This document shows, piece by piece, positions 30,332 through 40,670 of a stretch of 64,000 nt of DNA. Numbering within the stretch: position 1 is the first letter of the stretch; every line of letters begins with the position of its first letter. The position numbers and the translations under genes are program-made. The stretch lies in NCBI GenBank assembly GCA_963758495.1, contig CAVWVI010000003.1:736001-800000 (forward strand), in the 5' to 3' direction. This stretch comes from Oligoflexia bacterium. GTDB lineage: Bacteria > Bdellovibrionota > UBA1018. The notes beneath the pieces were generated by a model, which did no database searches, was not told the origin of the DNA, and worked only from the letters and a program-made list of their open reading frames with translations.

Positions 30332-31384
30332 CTATTGTGATGATCCTCCTGGTTGCTGTGGCTGCTGCTGTTGTGGTTGCTGCTGCAGTTGTTGCTGCAG
30401 TTGCTGTGCAGCCTGGAGATTTTGGCTAGTTTGAGCAGCCTGCGCAGCTGCTGCCGCTTGTTGACTTTGTTGAAATGTTGCCTGAGACTGAGAGGAATTT
30501 TGAGAATTTGTCTGCTGTTGCTGCTGAATGTTCTGGCCTGCTTGTCCCATTTGCTGAACAACATTTTGTAAATTCATCATATTCATCTGAGATTGATTCA
30601 CCTGGGACTGACCGTTAGACCCAGATATAGAACTGCTACGTGTATTCACTCGCTCAACAGAGTCCTCTTCCTGCCTGGTTACAGATACTTGCTGGGACAT
30701 AGACGGCTGTCTAGTTACAGAAGCAGGCTGATTCATAGTATTATATGAAGTAGCACTATTTGAACTAGCACTATTTGAAAACCTGTTAGCTTGACCCACC
30801 TGCTTTATTGTAGGTGGATTTTTAAATTGGCTAATGTCTCCGCCATTATAAGTATGCTGAGCTTGAATCGCATTACCAGAATTAGTTCCATAAGTACTTG
30901 TATTCCTTGCTTTACCTTCAACGTCTGAATGCTGGGAACCATAAAGTGATTTCTGATGCGACTCAATTTGACTTGCCTTTGCCTTAATAGAGTTACTATT
31001 GGCATTGATTTTTTGACGTAAGTCTACATGGTCGCTGAGTAATTTTCGAAACTGTTTTCCGTCTGTTTTATTTTGCTTACTTAATTTTTGCATTTGAGCT
31101 TCTTTATTTTTAAGCGCCTTAGTTGCTTGTAAATTCTGAGTCTGCATTTTCTTTATAGCAGCTTGATGACTATCAATTTTAGCATTATGATATTTTTTAG
31201 CAAGATACCCTGGCCCATTAAAGGTCGGCTGGGTAGTATTTCCAGAAATCGGAGCATTAGTATCGCAAAATCCACTTTTCTGAAAAACAACGTTCATCAA
31301 AAATAAAATAAAAATTATACCAAACTTCTGGATAAAATTATTTTGTACTTTAGTATTTGAAAATACCCAACTCAAAATACCCAT
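30332..31384 (-). CDS. Secreted or anchored Q/N/S-rich low-complexity protein
   Basis: N-terminal hydrophobic segment, coiled coil, poly-Q C-terminus. Confidence 0.72.
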   Translation of the reverse strand: MGILSWVFSNTKVQNNFIQKFGIIFILFLMNVVFQKSGFCDTNAPISGNTTQPTFNGPGYLAKKYHNAKIDSHQAAIKKMQTQNLQATKALKNKEAQMQKLSKQNKTDGKQFRKLLSDHVDLRQKINANSNSIKAKASQIESHQKSLYGSQHSDVEGKARNTSTYGTNSGNAIQAQHTYNGGDISQFKNPPTIKQVGQANRFSNSASSNSATSYNTMNQPASVTRQPSMSQQVSVTRQEEDSVERVNTRSSSISGSNGQSQVNQSQMNMMNLQNVVQQMGQAGQNIQQQQQTNSQNSSQSQATFQQSQQAAAAAQAAQTSQNLQAAQQLQQQLQQQPQQQQPQQPGGSSQ

Positions 31385-31571
31385 AAAATAACCTCTTACT
31401 TAAAATTTGAAGTAACGTTACACTATAGTGTAATTATATATCAATTAGGTAATTATACATACACAATAAATACAGTCTCTTTTCTTCTACATTCAGAAAT
31501 CATTCTCCTGTGTCAACCGTGACAGAGGACTCAAGGGAGACATAGGAATTCGTTAACAGTAGTCATTTTTA

Positions 31572-32036
31572 TTATTTTTCAAATTTTTCTTGAATGCGGT
31601 CTTCACGACCAGATAAATGATCTGGACTGGGCTCTTCTTCTACCATTTCTAAAGAATCCTGGGGCTCTAATTCCATCACCACTTGACTTAAACGTTCATC
31701 ACTCATGAGATCTTGACGAACAGCTTCAATGTATTTATCTGGGTATTTAAATACTAATTCATGAATGTATTGCCTAAACCGTCCGTTACTCAACAAAGCT
31801 TGCTTTTGCTTAATTTTTTTCCAATTCTTAATATAATGAAGTCGGCAATAGCCAGAAATGAGTGCTAAATTTTCACATGCTGATTCACGACAGGCAACTT
31901 CATTTCCTAACAAAGATAGTGCCGAAGGTATTTTTGAAGACGGCTCCGAAGCTGGGTGTTTGTTTTCTACGAGATGTAATTTTATAGAACGGCGCAATTG
32001 CTGACGGCCTTGGTTTTTTAAAGCTGACTTTCTCAT
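31572..32036 (-). CDS. Hypothetical protein with a C-x4-C-x8-C-x2-H motif
   Basis: CRESACENLALISGYCRLHYIKNWKKI. Confidence 0.6.
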   Translation of the reverse strand: MRKSALKNQGRQQLRRSIKLHLVENKHPASEPSSKIPSALSLLGNEVACRESACENLALISGYCRLHYIKNWKKIKQKQALLSNGRFRQYIHELVFKYPDKYIEAVRQDLMSDERLSQVVMELEPQDSLEMVEEEPSPDHLSGREDRIQEKFEK

Positions 32037-32112
32037 ACCTCGACTCTCTTCCCATTTGATGATCTATTTTAAATAATGAATGCAATTTTCGTATCTTAAA
32101 ATAGACTGAAAG

Positions 32113-32763
32113 TTATGCAGCCTTCTTAGCTTTAACCTTCTGAGTACGCCGCCTGCTCGAAACTCTTGAGCGCTCCGATACTCGATGAGGAGTCGAAAAC
32201 GAATAGACTATATAAGCTACAAACGCAGAAGGAACTCCAAATAAGGGCAACCAAATAATCGCAAATCCTAAAATATCACCTAGACCTTTTCCTGTTGCAA
32301 AATCCTCCAAAGAGGTATGAATTCCAGACCAACTTGCAGCAAAAGAAAGACCTAAACAAAGTCCATAAAAAATATGTCCCACGACATGGGCAGCTGCCAC
32401 AGTCAGTCCTGCATCTCGAAACTTAGCGACAGGATGATATTCAGCGACTACTACTGATAATAACAACCCCACCATCAAACCATGAACTAGACCAGTAAGA
32501 GTAGAGATAATCACTGCCGTTCCTGGAGTCAACACGGGAGCCGTTGCTATCAAAATCGCATATAAAAATGCAAAAAAAAGCCCAAAACAATAATGTGTCA
32601 TTAAACCGTAAAATAAAGTCATCTCGGAAGACTTAGAGAATATACTTCCTATTGCTCGCACCATGTCTGCATTCGCCCATTTCATTCGATGAACAAACGA
32701 CATCACACCAATCATTGCGGTTGTTCCGATTACCCCAGCTAATGCAATTAAATAAAGACCCAT
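32113..32763 (-). CDS. Hypothetical multi-pass membrane protein
   Basis: About 5 hydrophobic segments with intramembrane His residues. Confidence 0.65.
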   Translation of the reverse strand: MGLYLIALAGVIGTTAMIGVMSFVHRMKWANADMVRAIGSIFSKSSEMTLFYGLMTHYCFGLFFAFLYAILIATAPVLTPGTAVIISTLTGLVHGLMVGLLLSVVVAEYHPVAKFRDAGLTVAAAHVVGHIFYGLCLGLSFAASWSGIHTSLEDFATGKGLGDILGFAIIWLPLFGVPSAFVAYIVYSFSTPHRVSERSRVSSRRRTQKVKAKKAA

Positions 32764-33050
32764 AATAGTTACCCTTCTAAGTCTTTGTAAGAATGCGATT
32801 TCGCTATAAAAGAACCTTCAAGGTTTATTATATCACTTTTATTTATATTTAACTCTTTAAATTTATATAATAATGTAGAAAAGCGATTAAGCCCCGCAAG
32901 CCTTGGTAATTCCTAATAAAATCACTACACAATGTGCTGCAAATGTACTCCCTCAGATACAAGAAGTCCGTCAGCCCTAGGCAGTTGAAGTCTTCCAGAC
33001 AGGCATGCAGTGCATTCCTTATACGTCAGATGGAAGCCACTGTAACTCTA

Positions 33051-33407
33051 TTACTTCTTAGCTTCAGATGCAGGATGAGCCGATGATGCAGGGGGAGTTT
33101 GTGGCTGACCAGCAGCTCCCTTTGGAGCTGCGGATTGAGCCGAAGACTCGGCGGGTACAGCCTCAAAAAGACTTTTTCGAGACTGCCCCCCCATTAAAGT
33201 CAGAACAACAGACGTGACCATGAATAAAGCTGCGGCACCAGCTGTAAAGCGGGTAAAAAAGTTAGCTCCGCCTGAGCTTCCAAATACGGTTTGACTTGAT
33301 CCACCAAAGGAGGTGCTAATTTCAGCACCTTTCCCTGATTGAATCAAAACAACAAGTACAAGTAAAACGCAGGTAATTACATGAATCACTGTCACAAAAG
33401 TCTGCAT
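33051..33407 (-). CDS. secG: Preprotein translocase subunit SecG
   Basis: VLIQSGKGAEISTSFGGSSQTVFGSSG. Confidence 0.95.
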   Translation of the reverse strand: MQTFVTVIHVITCVLLVLVVLIQSGKGAEISTSFGGSSQTVFGSSGGANFFTRFTAGAAALFMVTSVVLTLMGGQSRKSLFEAVPAESSAQSAAPKGAAGQPQTPPASSAHPASEAKK

Positions 33408-33409
33408 AT

Positions 33410-35517
33410 TTATTTATTCTCTTTTGCTTTTTTCTCTTGGTGTTTCTTAATCATTTCTTCTTGAACGTTTCTAGGTACAGGTGAGTACTTCAGGAATTCC
33501 ATCGTAAACTCTCCTTTACCCTGTGTTGCAGACCTTAAATCCGTCGAGTAGCCAAACATTTCACTCAATGGAACTTCAGTCTCAATCACAGCATAACCTT
33601 CGTTCGTTGTACTATTCACAATCACACCACGACGTTGATTAATTTGCCCCATGACGGATCCCTGGAACTCTTCAGGTGCCTGAGTCTCCAACTTCATAAT
33701 GGGCTCAAGAACTGTGGCACCTGCTTTTTCATAGGCTTCACGGAAGCCCATCAAAGCAGCTGTTTTAAATGCTTGCTCTGAAGAGTCCACATCATGACTC
33801 GCTCCATCGTTGATCACTGCACGAACTCCAACGATTGGGAAACCAATAAGACGACCTTCCTTGATTGCCTCCTGGAAACCTTTATCACAAGCAGGAATAA
33901 ATTCACGAGGAATAGATCCGCCTGTAATATCATCGACAAATTCGTAGGTTACAGCAGCATCTGCAGGAAGCGGCTCAATAAATCCAACCACTTTACCAAA
34001 CTGACCTGATCCACCGGTTTGCTTCTTATGAGTGTAATTGAAATCGCCACGCTTGGTGATGGTTTCTCGGAAAGCCACCTGTGGCTTACCTACAATCACT
34101 TCACAATTGTATTCACGCTTAATGCGTTCACAGTAAATTTCTAGATGAAGCTCACCCATTCCGCTAATGATTGTCTGACCGGATTCCTCATCCCGATGAA
34201 CACGTAAAGTAGGATCTTCCTTAGTAAACTTATTCAGAGCCTTTGAGAAATTAGCTTGGCCCGCTTTATCCTTAGGTGCAATCGCAAGTGAAATAACGGC
34301 ATTAGGAATAAACATGGAAGTCATCGTGTACTTAATTTTACCATCTGTAAAAGTATCGCCCGATGCGCAATCCACACCAAACATAGCAACAATGTCTCCA
34401 GCTTGGGCTTCTTCAACGTCGTTCATTTCATCCGCATGCATTTGAGCGAGGCGAGGCACTTTAACTTTCTTATCGTTAGAAGAATTATAGATGACGTCGC
34501 CCTTCTTCACTGTGCCTTGATAAATTCGCATATAAGTCAACTGACCATAGCGACCTTCGTCCAATTTAAATGCCAATCCAACAAATGGAGCAGTTGGATC
34601 AGAACTTAGAACTATTTTAGCTTCGCTATTGCGTTGATCGAGAGCAATATTTTCCTTTTCAGGAGGGCTTGGTAAATAATAGGTGACTGCATCCAAGAGA
34701 AGCTGAACACCTTTGTTCTTGTAAGCAGAGCCGGTCATCACTGGAGTAAAATTCAAGACTGAGTGTCGCTTTACGAATGGCGAGACGAAGCTCATCCACT
34801 GTAATGTCTTGTCCTTCTAAATACTTGTTACCCACCAACCTCATCAAACTCACCGACTGCTGCAATGAGATCTTCTCGATACTTTTTGACATTCGCTCTG
34901 CAATATCTTCTGGAATATTCTCTTCGCGAATCTTCTCACCATTGTCGCCATCAAAATAAAAGGCTCGCATCGTGACTAAATCCACGATCACCCTTAAATT
35001 GATCTTCAGCACCAATAGGGTAGGTAATCAAGTGCGCGTTATGATTTAATTTTTCTCGGAGCATTTTCACGCCACGGAAAGGATTTGCACCTGCGCGGTC
35101 CATCTTATTAACGAAACAGATACGAGGCACTTTATAGCGCTTCATCTGACGATCGACTGTAATAGACTGAGACTGTACGCCTGCTACAGAGCAAAGGACA
35201 AGGACAGCTCCATCTAACACTCGAAGAGATCGCTCTACTTCAATTGTAAAATCTACGTGGCCGGGAGTATCAATTAAGTTAACATTGTAGTCTTTCCACT
35301 CACAATAAGTGGCAGCAGACTGAATCGTGATGCCCTTTTCGCGCTCAAGATCCATAAAGTCCATCGTAGCACCTACGCCCGATTTACCCTTAACTTCCTC
35401 TATCTTATGGATTCTCTTAGTATAAAACAGAACACGTTCGGATAGCGTGGTCTTACCTGAGTCAATGTGGGCAGAAATACCGATATTACGGACCTTATCA
35501 ATCGAAATACGAGCCAT
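33410..35517 (-). CDS. fusA: Elongation factor G, split by several clustered single-base indels (~34750-34995)
   Basis: [49 protein letters not shown] spread across three ORFs. Confidence 0.93.
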
Positions 35518-35654
35518 GACAACCTTCTCCTTAAAAACGTGTGGTGTATTCTACTCAAAAGTGATCGATTTAATCAAGTGATTTCTTTCTTTAATAAGTT
35601 TTCTTACTGCTGGATTCAACTGTTTTTTTAGCCTATCTTCATTTCTACCTTATT

Positions 35655-36203
35655 ATGAAAAAATTTTTCTGGATTGACCTTGAAATGACCGGTCTCGATG
35701 AAAACATCGATTCTATCTTAGAAGTAGCAATTGTCGTTACAAATCTCGACTTTAAACCACTAGAAGAGCTCCATAGGGTTGTCTACCAACCCCCAGAAAT
35801 ACTCAAACACATGAATGATTGGTGTAAAAAAACACATGGAGAGAGCGGACTCACCGCAGCAATTCCCCAAGGATCACCTCTCGCTACTGTAGAAACAGAA
35901 GTCTTAGCAATGATCGACCGCCACTTCAGCAGTCAGGAACGAGTTGTATTAGCCGGAAACTCAGTAGGAAATGACAAACGCTTTATAGACAAATATATGC
36001 CCTCTGTCGCCAAACGGCTTCATTACCGACTGATTGATGTCAGCTCCTTTAAGGAAATTTTTCGAGAAAAGTACAATCTAGGTTTTTCGAAGAAAAACGC
36101 CCACCGTGCTGTAGATGATATTTACGAGTCCATCCGAGAACTGAGTTTTTATTTGTCCTATTTTAAGGCCCCAGAAAGTAAAGCATTCCATGACTCTCAG
36201 TAG
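35655..36203 (+). CDS. orn: Oligoribonuclease
   Basis: WIDLEMTGLD, GNSVGND, HRAVDDIYESI. Confidence 0.95.
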   Translation: MKKFFWIDLEMTGLDENIDSILEVAIVVTNLDFKPLEELHRVVYQPPEILKHMNDWCKKTHGESGLTAAIPQGSPLATVETEVLAMIDRHFSSQERVVLAGNSVGNDKRFIDKYMPSVAKRLHYRLIDVSSFKEIFREKYNLGFSKKNAHRAVDDIYESIRELSFYLSYFKAPESKAFHDSQ

Positions 36204-36615
36204 CCGCCCTAGCTTCCAAAAAATTTATCTCGATCTCGCATATACCCTCGCAGAGCGATCAACCTGCCACCGCCTCCAAGTTGGGACTGTCATTACCAGT
36301 ACTGATTTCAGAAAAGTCCTTGCAGTCGGCTATAATGGGAATGCCACGGGTCTCCATAATGGCTGTGACCGAGAAGAACCAGGGAATTGCGGTTGCCTCC
36401 ACTCAGAGGAGAACGCCGTAATCAACTGCGATGCCCCTCGTCAAATAGAAAAAATTGTTTTCGTAACCCATTTACCTTGTATTCAATGCGCAAAACGCTT
36501 GATCAACTTAGGAAGTGTCAAGAAAGTCTATTACGGACAAGACTATAGAATCAAAGATTCCATAGAGCTTTTGCGCACGGTTGGAATTCAAGTAGAACAC
36601 TTTCAAAAGCCCTAA
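36190..36615 (+). CDS. dCMP deaminase family protein
   Basis: RSTC..VG, GYNG, HSEENA, PCIQC. Confidence 0.9.
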   Translation: MTLSSRPSFQKIYLDLAYTLAERSTCHRLQVGTVITSTDFRKVLAVGYNGNATGLHNGCDREEPGNCGCLHSEENAVINCDAPRQIEKIVFVTHLPCIQCAKRLINLGSVKKVYYGQDYRIKDSIELLRTVGIQVEHFQKP

Positions 36616-36628
36616 AGGAACTACTTAC
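36599..36628 (-). mobile_element. Solo MITE left end overlapping the deaminase stop codon
   Basis: Reverse complement gtaagtagttcctttagggcttttgaaaag; first 19 nt identical to copy 3. Confidence 0.65.
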
Positions 36629-36633
36629 AAAAA

Positions 36634-39405
36634 ATGAATCGCTTATTAAGCTACCTATGCGTCTTTGAAATTTGCGGAATTTGCTTTTTAGCTGCGTGTT
36701 CAACCGCCCCTAAGGGACAGGAACCCACCTTAACACAAACACATCAATCTCGATCGACTACTCTCACCCAAGAATCGGCAATCACTCGATCTCAGCAAAT
36801 CACTGCCGTTTCCTATCGAATTTGGATGAATTTGAGCGAAAATGATTCCGACTTTCAAGGTAAGACCCTGATTCAGTTTAACTTAAAACCTAATACTCCA
36901 ACCGTTGGACCAACCCTTAAACCAACCCTTACAAAAGACATCATCGTCGATTTCGAGGGAGGGGCCATTCAGGCAGTGATGGTCAATGGAACCACTCTAA
37001 AAAATGCAACCGTTCCTGAAAGATATGACGGTCATCATTTCTTTTTCAAACTGAGCGAACTCAAACCTGAATTCAATCAAATTGAAATTTCTTATTCTCA
37101 CCCTTACACTAGGAATGGTAACGGACTCCATCACTTTAAAGATCCTGCAGATGGTCTCATTTACCTTTATTCTCATTTTGAACCCTATTCTGCACACCGT
37201 GTATTTCCCTGCTTTGATCAACCGGATTTAAAAGCCTCCTATGAACTTACTGTAGAGGCTCCCAAAAGTTGGCAAGTGATTTCCAACACATTAGAAAAAG
37301 AAGTCAATTCCAACAAAGATAAGAAAATTTGGATATTTCCACGATCCGCTCTATTTAGCACTTATTTATTTGCAATTCACGCTGGACCTTACTCCGTCTG
37401 GCAATCTCAAGCAGAAGAAATTCCGATTAGACTTTTCGCTAGAAAATCCATAGCTAAATATGTTGATTATGAAGAATGGTTAGACGTTACACGAAAAGGC
37501 TTAGCATTTTACGGACTCCAATTTGGATATCCCTATCCGTTTGCAAAGTATGATCAAGTCATTGTTCCTGATTTCAACGCAGGAGCAATGGAAAATGTGG
37601 GGGCCGTAACCTTTAATGAAAAATATGTTTTTAGAACTCGAGTTACCCAGGATGGCCATAGAGGACGTGCCGACACTATACTTCATGAAATGGCTCACAT
37701 GTGGTTTGGAGACCTGGTCACGATGCGCTGGTGGAATGGTCTATGGCTAAATGAAAGTTTTGCAACCTTTATGTCAGCCTGGGCAGTTGATCAAGCCACA
37801 CCATTTCGAGGCAGTTGGCAGGCTTTTTTTGCGAATATAAAACAATGGGCCTATTGGGAAGACCAACTCATCACAACACATCCTATTGAACTCCCCGTAC
37901 CTGACACCGAGCATGCAGCGGCTAATTTCGATGGAATTACCTATGGAAAAGGTGCATCTACTCTTAAGCAGCTCCGTTTCTCCTTGGGCGAGGATGACTT
38001 TCGTGAAGGTCTCCAGCGATACTTTCAAAAGTATGCCTATAGAAATACCAGCATCCATGATTTTATCAAGATGCTTGCTGAGGCATCCAGTACAGACCTA
38101 GCGCATTGGGAGCGGACTTGGTTTCAAACTTCTGGAGTCAACACTCTGAGAGCGGAATGGGCATGCGAAACCCCCTCCGACACCCAAAAATCAACCCTCT
38201 CTCAATTTAAATTAATCCAGGGAAACCCTCGTTTATTAGACTCAATCCAAAAATCCAGCAATGAGATCCGCCCACATCGAATTCAAGTTGGATTCTATTA
38301 CTCGTCTCATCGGAAACAGCTCCTTCTGAAAAAAACTCTAGCTATACCTTATGCAAATGACACTAATTCTGTTTCAAGTGCGATCGGAATGCCTTGTCCG
38401 GATTTTGTTTTACCCAATGAACAAGATGATGATTACGTAAAGGTTGAACTTGACCCCATCAGCCTGAAATTCATTTCTCAATATCTTTCACAACTCAAGG
38501 ATCCGTTTAATCGGCAAATGATCTGGCACATTCTATGGGAAATGGTTGTCGATGGAAAACTACGCGCTCAGGATTATGCTGATATCGTATTTCGCCAAAG
38601 CAATACGGAAAAAGATACCTTGGTGCTTTCTAAGATTTTACGCACGCTTAACAACTCATCTCTTCACTCATCTTCGGTTCTTAAATTTCTAACAGGTCAA
38701 TTGCGAGACCAATACCACAAGAAAATAGAAAGCTTTATGAAAGACCATCTTCTTTTGGCCGCAGCAGGAAGCGACCACCAGCTCGTTTGGTATCATTCTT
38801 TCTTAGATATAGCGTCTACCCCACAATACATCGCCTTTACCCGAAGACTCTTAGAAGGCAAACAGAACCTGAAAGGCTTAAAAATCGATCAAGAGCGACG
38901 ATGGGAACTGGTTCAGACCCTCGCACGCATGGGGGAAAAAAATGCAGATCAACTCATTGCACAAGAACTCAAGAACGATCAAACAGATATGGGACAAAAA
39001 TCAGCCATTGCAGCTGAAGTCCTTATTCCGGCTAAAAACTCTAAAAATAAGTGGCTTCTACAGATCACTCGTCAGACAGGAGATTTGCCCGTAGCAAAAA
39101 TGCGCGAAGCAATGGCCAATTATCAGATCTTAGGCCAAGAGGAATTTGCAAAGGATTCAATTGACTCCTACTTCGAGACTTTGCCAAAACTCGCTCTATC
39201 TACATCTATTGAAAATGAAGAGTATGCAAGATGGTTTTCCCGTTCAATGTATCCCGCACTGTGCGATGAAAGCATGATTCAGCGTACCACGACCTTGCTC
39301 AACTCATACCCTGACTTGCCTACATCTGTAGTAAAAAATCTGAAAATAAATCGCCAAGAAGATGAACGCTGCATAAAAGCAAGAAAAATCTCAAACAATT
39401 ATTAA
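36634..39405 (+). CDS. pepN: Aminopeptidase N (M1), probable lipoprotein
   Basis: GAMEN, HEMAH..WLNESFA; lipobox-like LAAC. Confidence 0.93.
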   Translation: MNRLLSYLCVFEICGICFLAACSTAPKGQEPTLTQTHQSRSTTLTQESAITRSQQITAVSYRIWMNLSENDSDFQGKTLIQFNLKPNTPTVGPTLKPTLTKDIIVDFEGGAIQAVMVNGTTLKNATVPERYDGHHFFFKLSELKPEFNQIEISYSHPYTRNGNGLHHFKDPADGLIYLYSHFEPYSAHRVFPCFDQPDLKASYELTVEAPKSWQVISNTLEKEVNSNKDKKIWIFPRSALFSTYLFAIHAGPYSVWQSQAEEIPIRLFARKSIAKYVDYEEWLDVTRKGLAFYGLQFGYPYPFAKYDQVIVPDFNAGAMENVGAVTFNEKYVFRTRVTQDGHRGRADTILHEMAHMWFGDLVTMRWWNGLWLNESFATFMSAWAVDQATPFRGSWQAFFANIKQWAYWEDQLITTHPIELPVPDTEHAAANFDGITYGKGASTLKQLRFSLGEDDFREGLQRYFQKYAYRNTSIHDFIKMLAEASSTDLAHWERTWFQTSGVNTLRAEWACETPSDTQKSTLSQFKLIQGNPRLLDSIQKSSNEIRPHRIQVGFYYSSHRKQLLLKKTLAIPYANDTNSVSSAIGMPCPDFVLPNEQDDDYVKVELDPISLKFISQYLSQLKDPFNRQMIWHILWEMVVDGKLRAQDYADIVFRQSNTEKDTLVLSKILRTLNNSSLHSSSVLKFLTGQLRDQYHKKIESFMKDHLLLAAAGSDHQLVWYHSFLDIASTPQYIAFTRRLLEGKQNLKGLKIDQERRWELVQTLARMGEKNADQLIAQELKNDQTDMGQKSAIAAEVLIPAKNSKNKWLLQITRQTGDLPVAKMREAMANYQILGQEEFAKDSIDSYFETLPKLALSTSIENEEYARWFSRSMYPALCDESMIQRTTTLLNSYPDLPTSVVKNLKINRQEDERCIKARKISNNY

Positions 39406-39520
39406 TATTAAATTATTTAATAAATAAATAAAGAATACAACGAGTTAAAATCGTATCTTAATATTAAAAATTGTTCTATAATTTAACAATCTAGACCATT
39501 CATGACTAGTGGGGAGATTT

Positions 39521-39880
39521 ATGATTAAACACGGCAAATACAGTGCAATTAATTATATAAAATGTGTCTACACGGTTTTTTTCGCTTTCATTTCCATCAG
39601 TCTGACTTCGAGTCAGGTAAGCGTTGCAGTTGAAGAACCTCTTCAGCAAACTCAACCCAACATGACTTCCCCCAGACGCCACTCAGATAACCAGATTCAA
39701 ACAAATATTAATAAAAACACCGCAGTAGATGACTTTTATACACATCATACAGAGACAGGCCACAAAGCTAATATGTTTGTGAATGAAAAAATGAAAAATT
39801 CAGGCACTAAAGCTAGAAAGGTACTTGGAATTCCAACCCATCAAAAGCGGGTAAATATTCATGAAATTAAGACCCCCTAA
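39521..39880 (+). CDS. Hypothetical secreted protein
   Basis: Signal-like N-terminus; AT-rich orphan. Confidence 0.5.
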   Translation: MIKHGKYSAINYIKCVYTVFFAFISISLTSSQVSVAVEEPLQQTQPNMTSPRRHSDNQIQTNINKNTAVDDFYTHHTETGHKANMFVNEKMKNSGTKARKVLGIPTHQKRVNIHEIKTP

Positions 39881-39899
39881 AAAAATCCTTAACAAATGA

Positions 39900-40670
39900 T
39901 TACGAACTCACATCCACTCTTAAAACCACTGGACAATGATCTGAACCTTTAATTTCAGGCTGATGAATCATTTGTTTTAAATGTCCTTTGAACTCTTCAT
40001 TCACAACAAAGTAGTCCAAACGCCATCCAATATTTTTCTCTCTCACTCCCGGGCGATAACTCCACCATGTATAATGGCCAGGTTCTTTCACAAAATGCCG
40101 AAAACTATCTACATAGCCTTGTTGAAGTAATTGGTCCATCCAAGCGCGCTCTTCAGGCAGAAATCCTGCATTATTCTCATTTGCTTTTGGATTCTTAAGA
40201 TCAATGTCCCGATGGGCAATATTAAAATCACCACAGATCACAACATATTTTCCTTGTCTCCTTAAGCTCTCGCAAAATTGAAACAACTTTTCACAGAAGG
40301 AAAGCTTATAGCCCAAACGAGTATGCTCTCTTTGGCTATTTGGGAAATAAGCGTTAATTAAAACAAATCCCGGATACTCCGCCACGATCACACGGCCTTC
40401 ATCATCAACTTCAGGAATCCCGATTCCTACTTGTAGCCGAAGAGGCTCTTTCTTCATGTAAAACGCAACACCACTATATCCTGGTTTTTTGGCAGAATGC
40501 CAAAAGGAATGATAATTTCCTGGATGGAGTAGACTCTCATCTAACTGCTCAGGAGTAGCCTTTGTCTCTTGCAAGCAAACAACATCTGCGTCCTGTTTCT
40601 CAAACCAATCTACAAAACCATTACGTCCGGCTGCACGGATTCCATTTACGTTCCAGGAAATGAGTTTCAT
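39900..40670 (-). CDS. xth: Exodeoxyribonuclease III
   Basis: SWNVNGIRA, LQETK, GDFNIAH, GWRLDY, SDHCP. Confidence 0.96.
   Translation of the reverse strand: MKLISWNVNGIRAAGRNGFVDWFEKQDADVVCLQETKATPEQLDESLLHPGNYHSFWHSAKKPGYSGVAFYMKKEPLRLQVGIGIPEVDDEGRVIVAEYPGFVLINAYFPNSQREHTRLGYKLSFCEKLFQFCESLRRQGKYVVICGDFNIAHRDIDLKNPKANENNAGFLPEERAWMDQLLQQGYVDSFRHFVKEPGHYTWWSYRPGVREKNIGWRLDYFVVNEEFKGHLKQMIHQPEIKGSDHCPVVLRVDVSS

Noticed and set aside
28854..30571. His-, Cys- or Leu-rich plus-strand ORFs (e.g. HHSHSATHH, CCGCCCC)
   Set aside because: Antisense shadows of the Q/M/G repeats on the minus strand.
32880..33050. tRNA, often found after secG
   Set aside because: No cloverleaf or T-loop motif found.
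34659..35015. Programmed frameshifting or a separate 118-aa gene within fusA
   Set aside because: Several scattered indels and no slippery site; best explained as sequence error.
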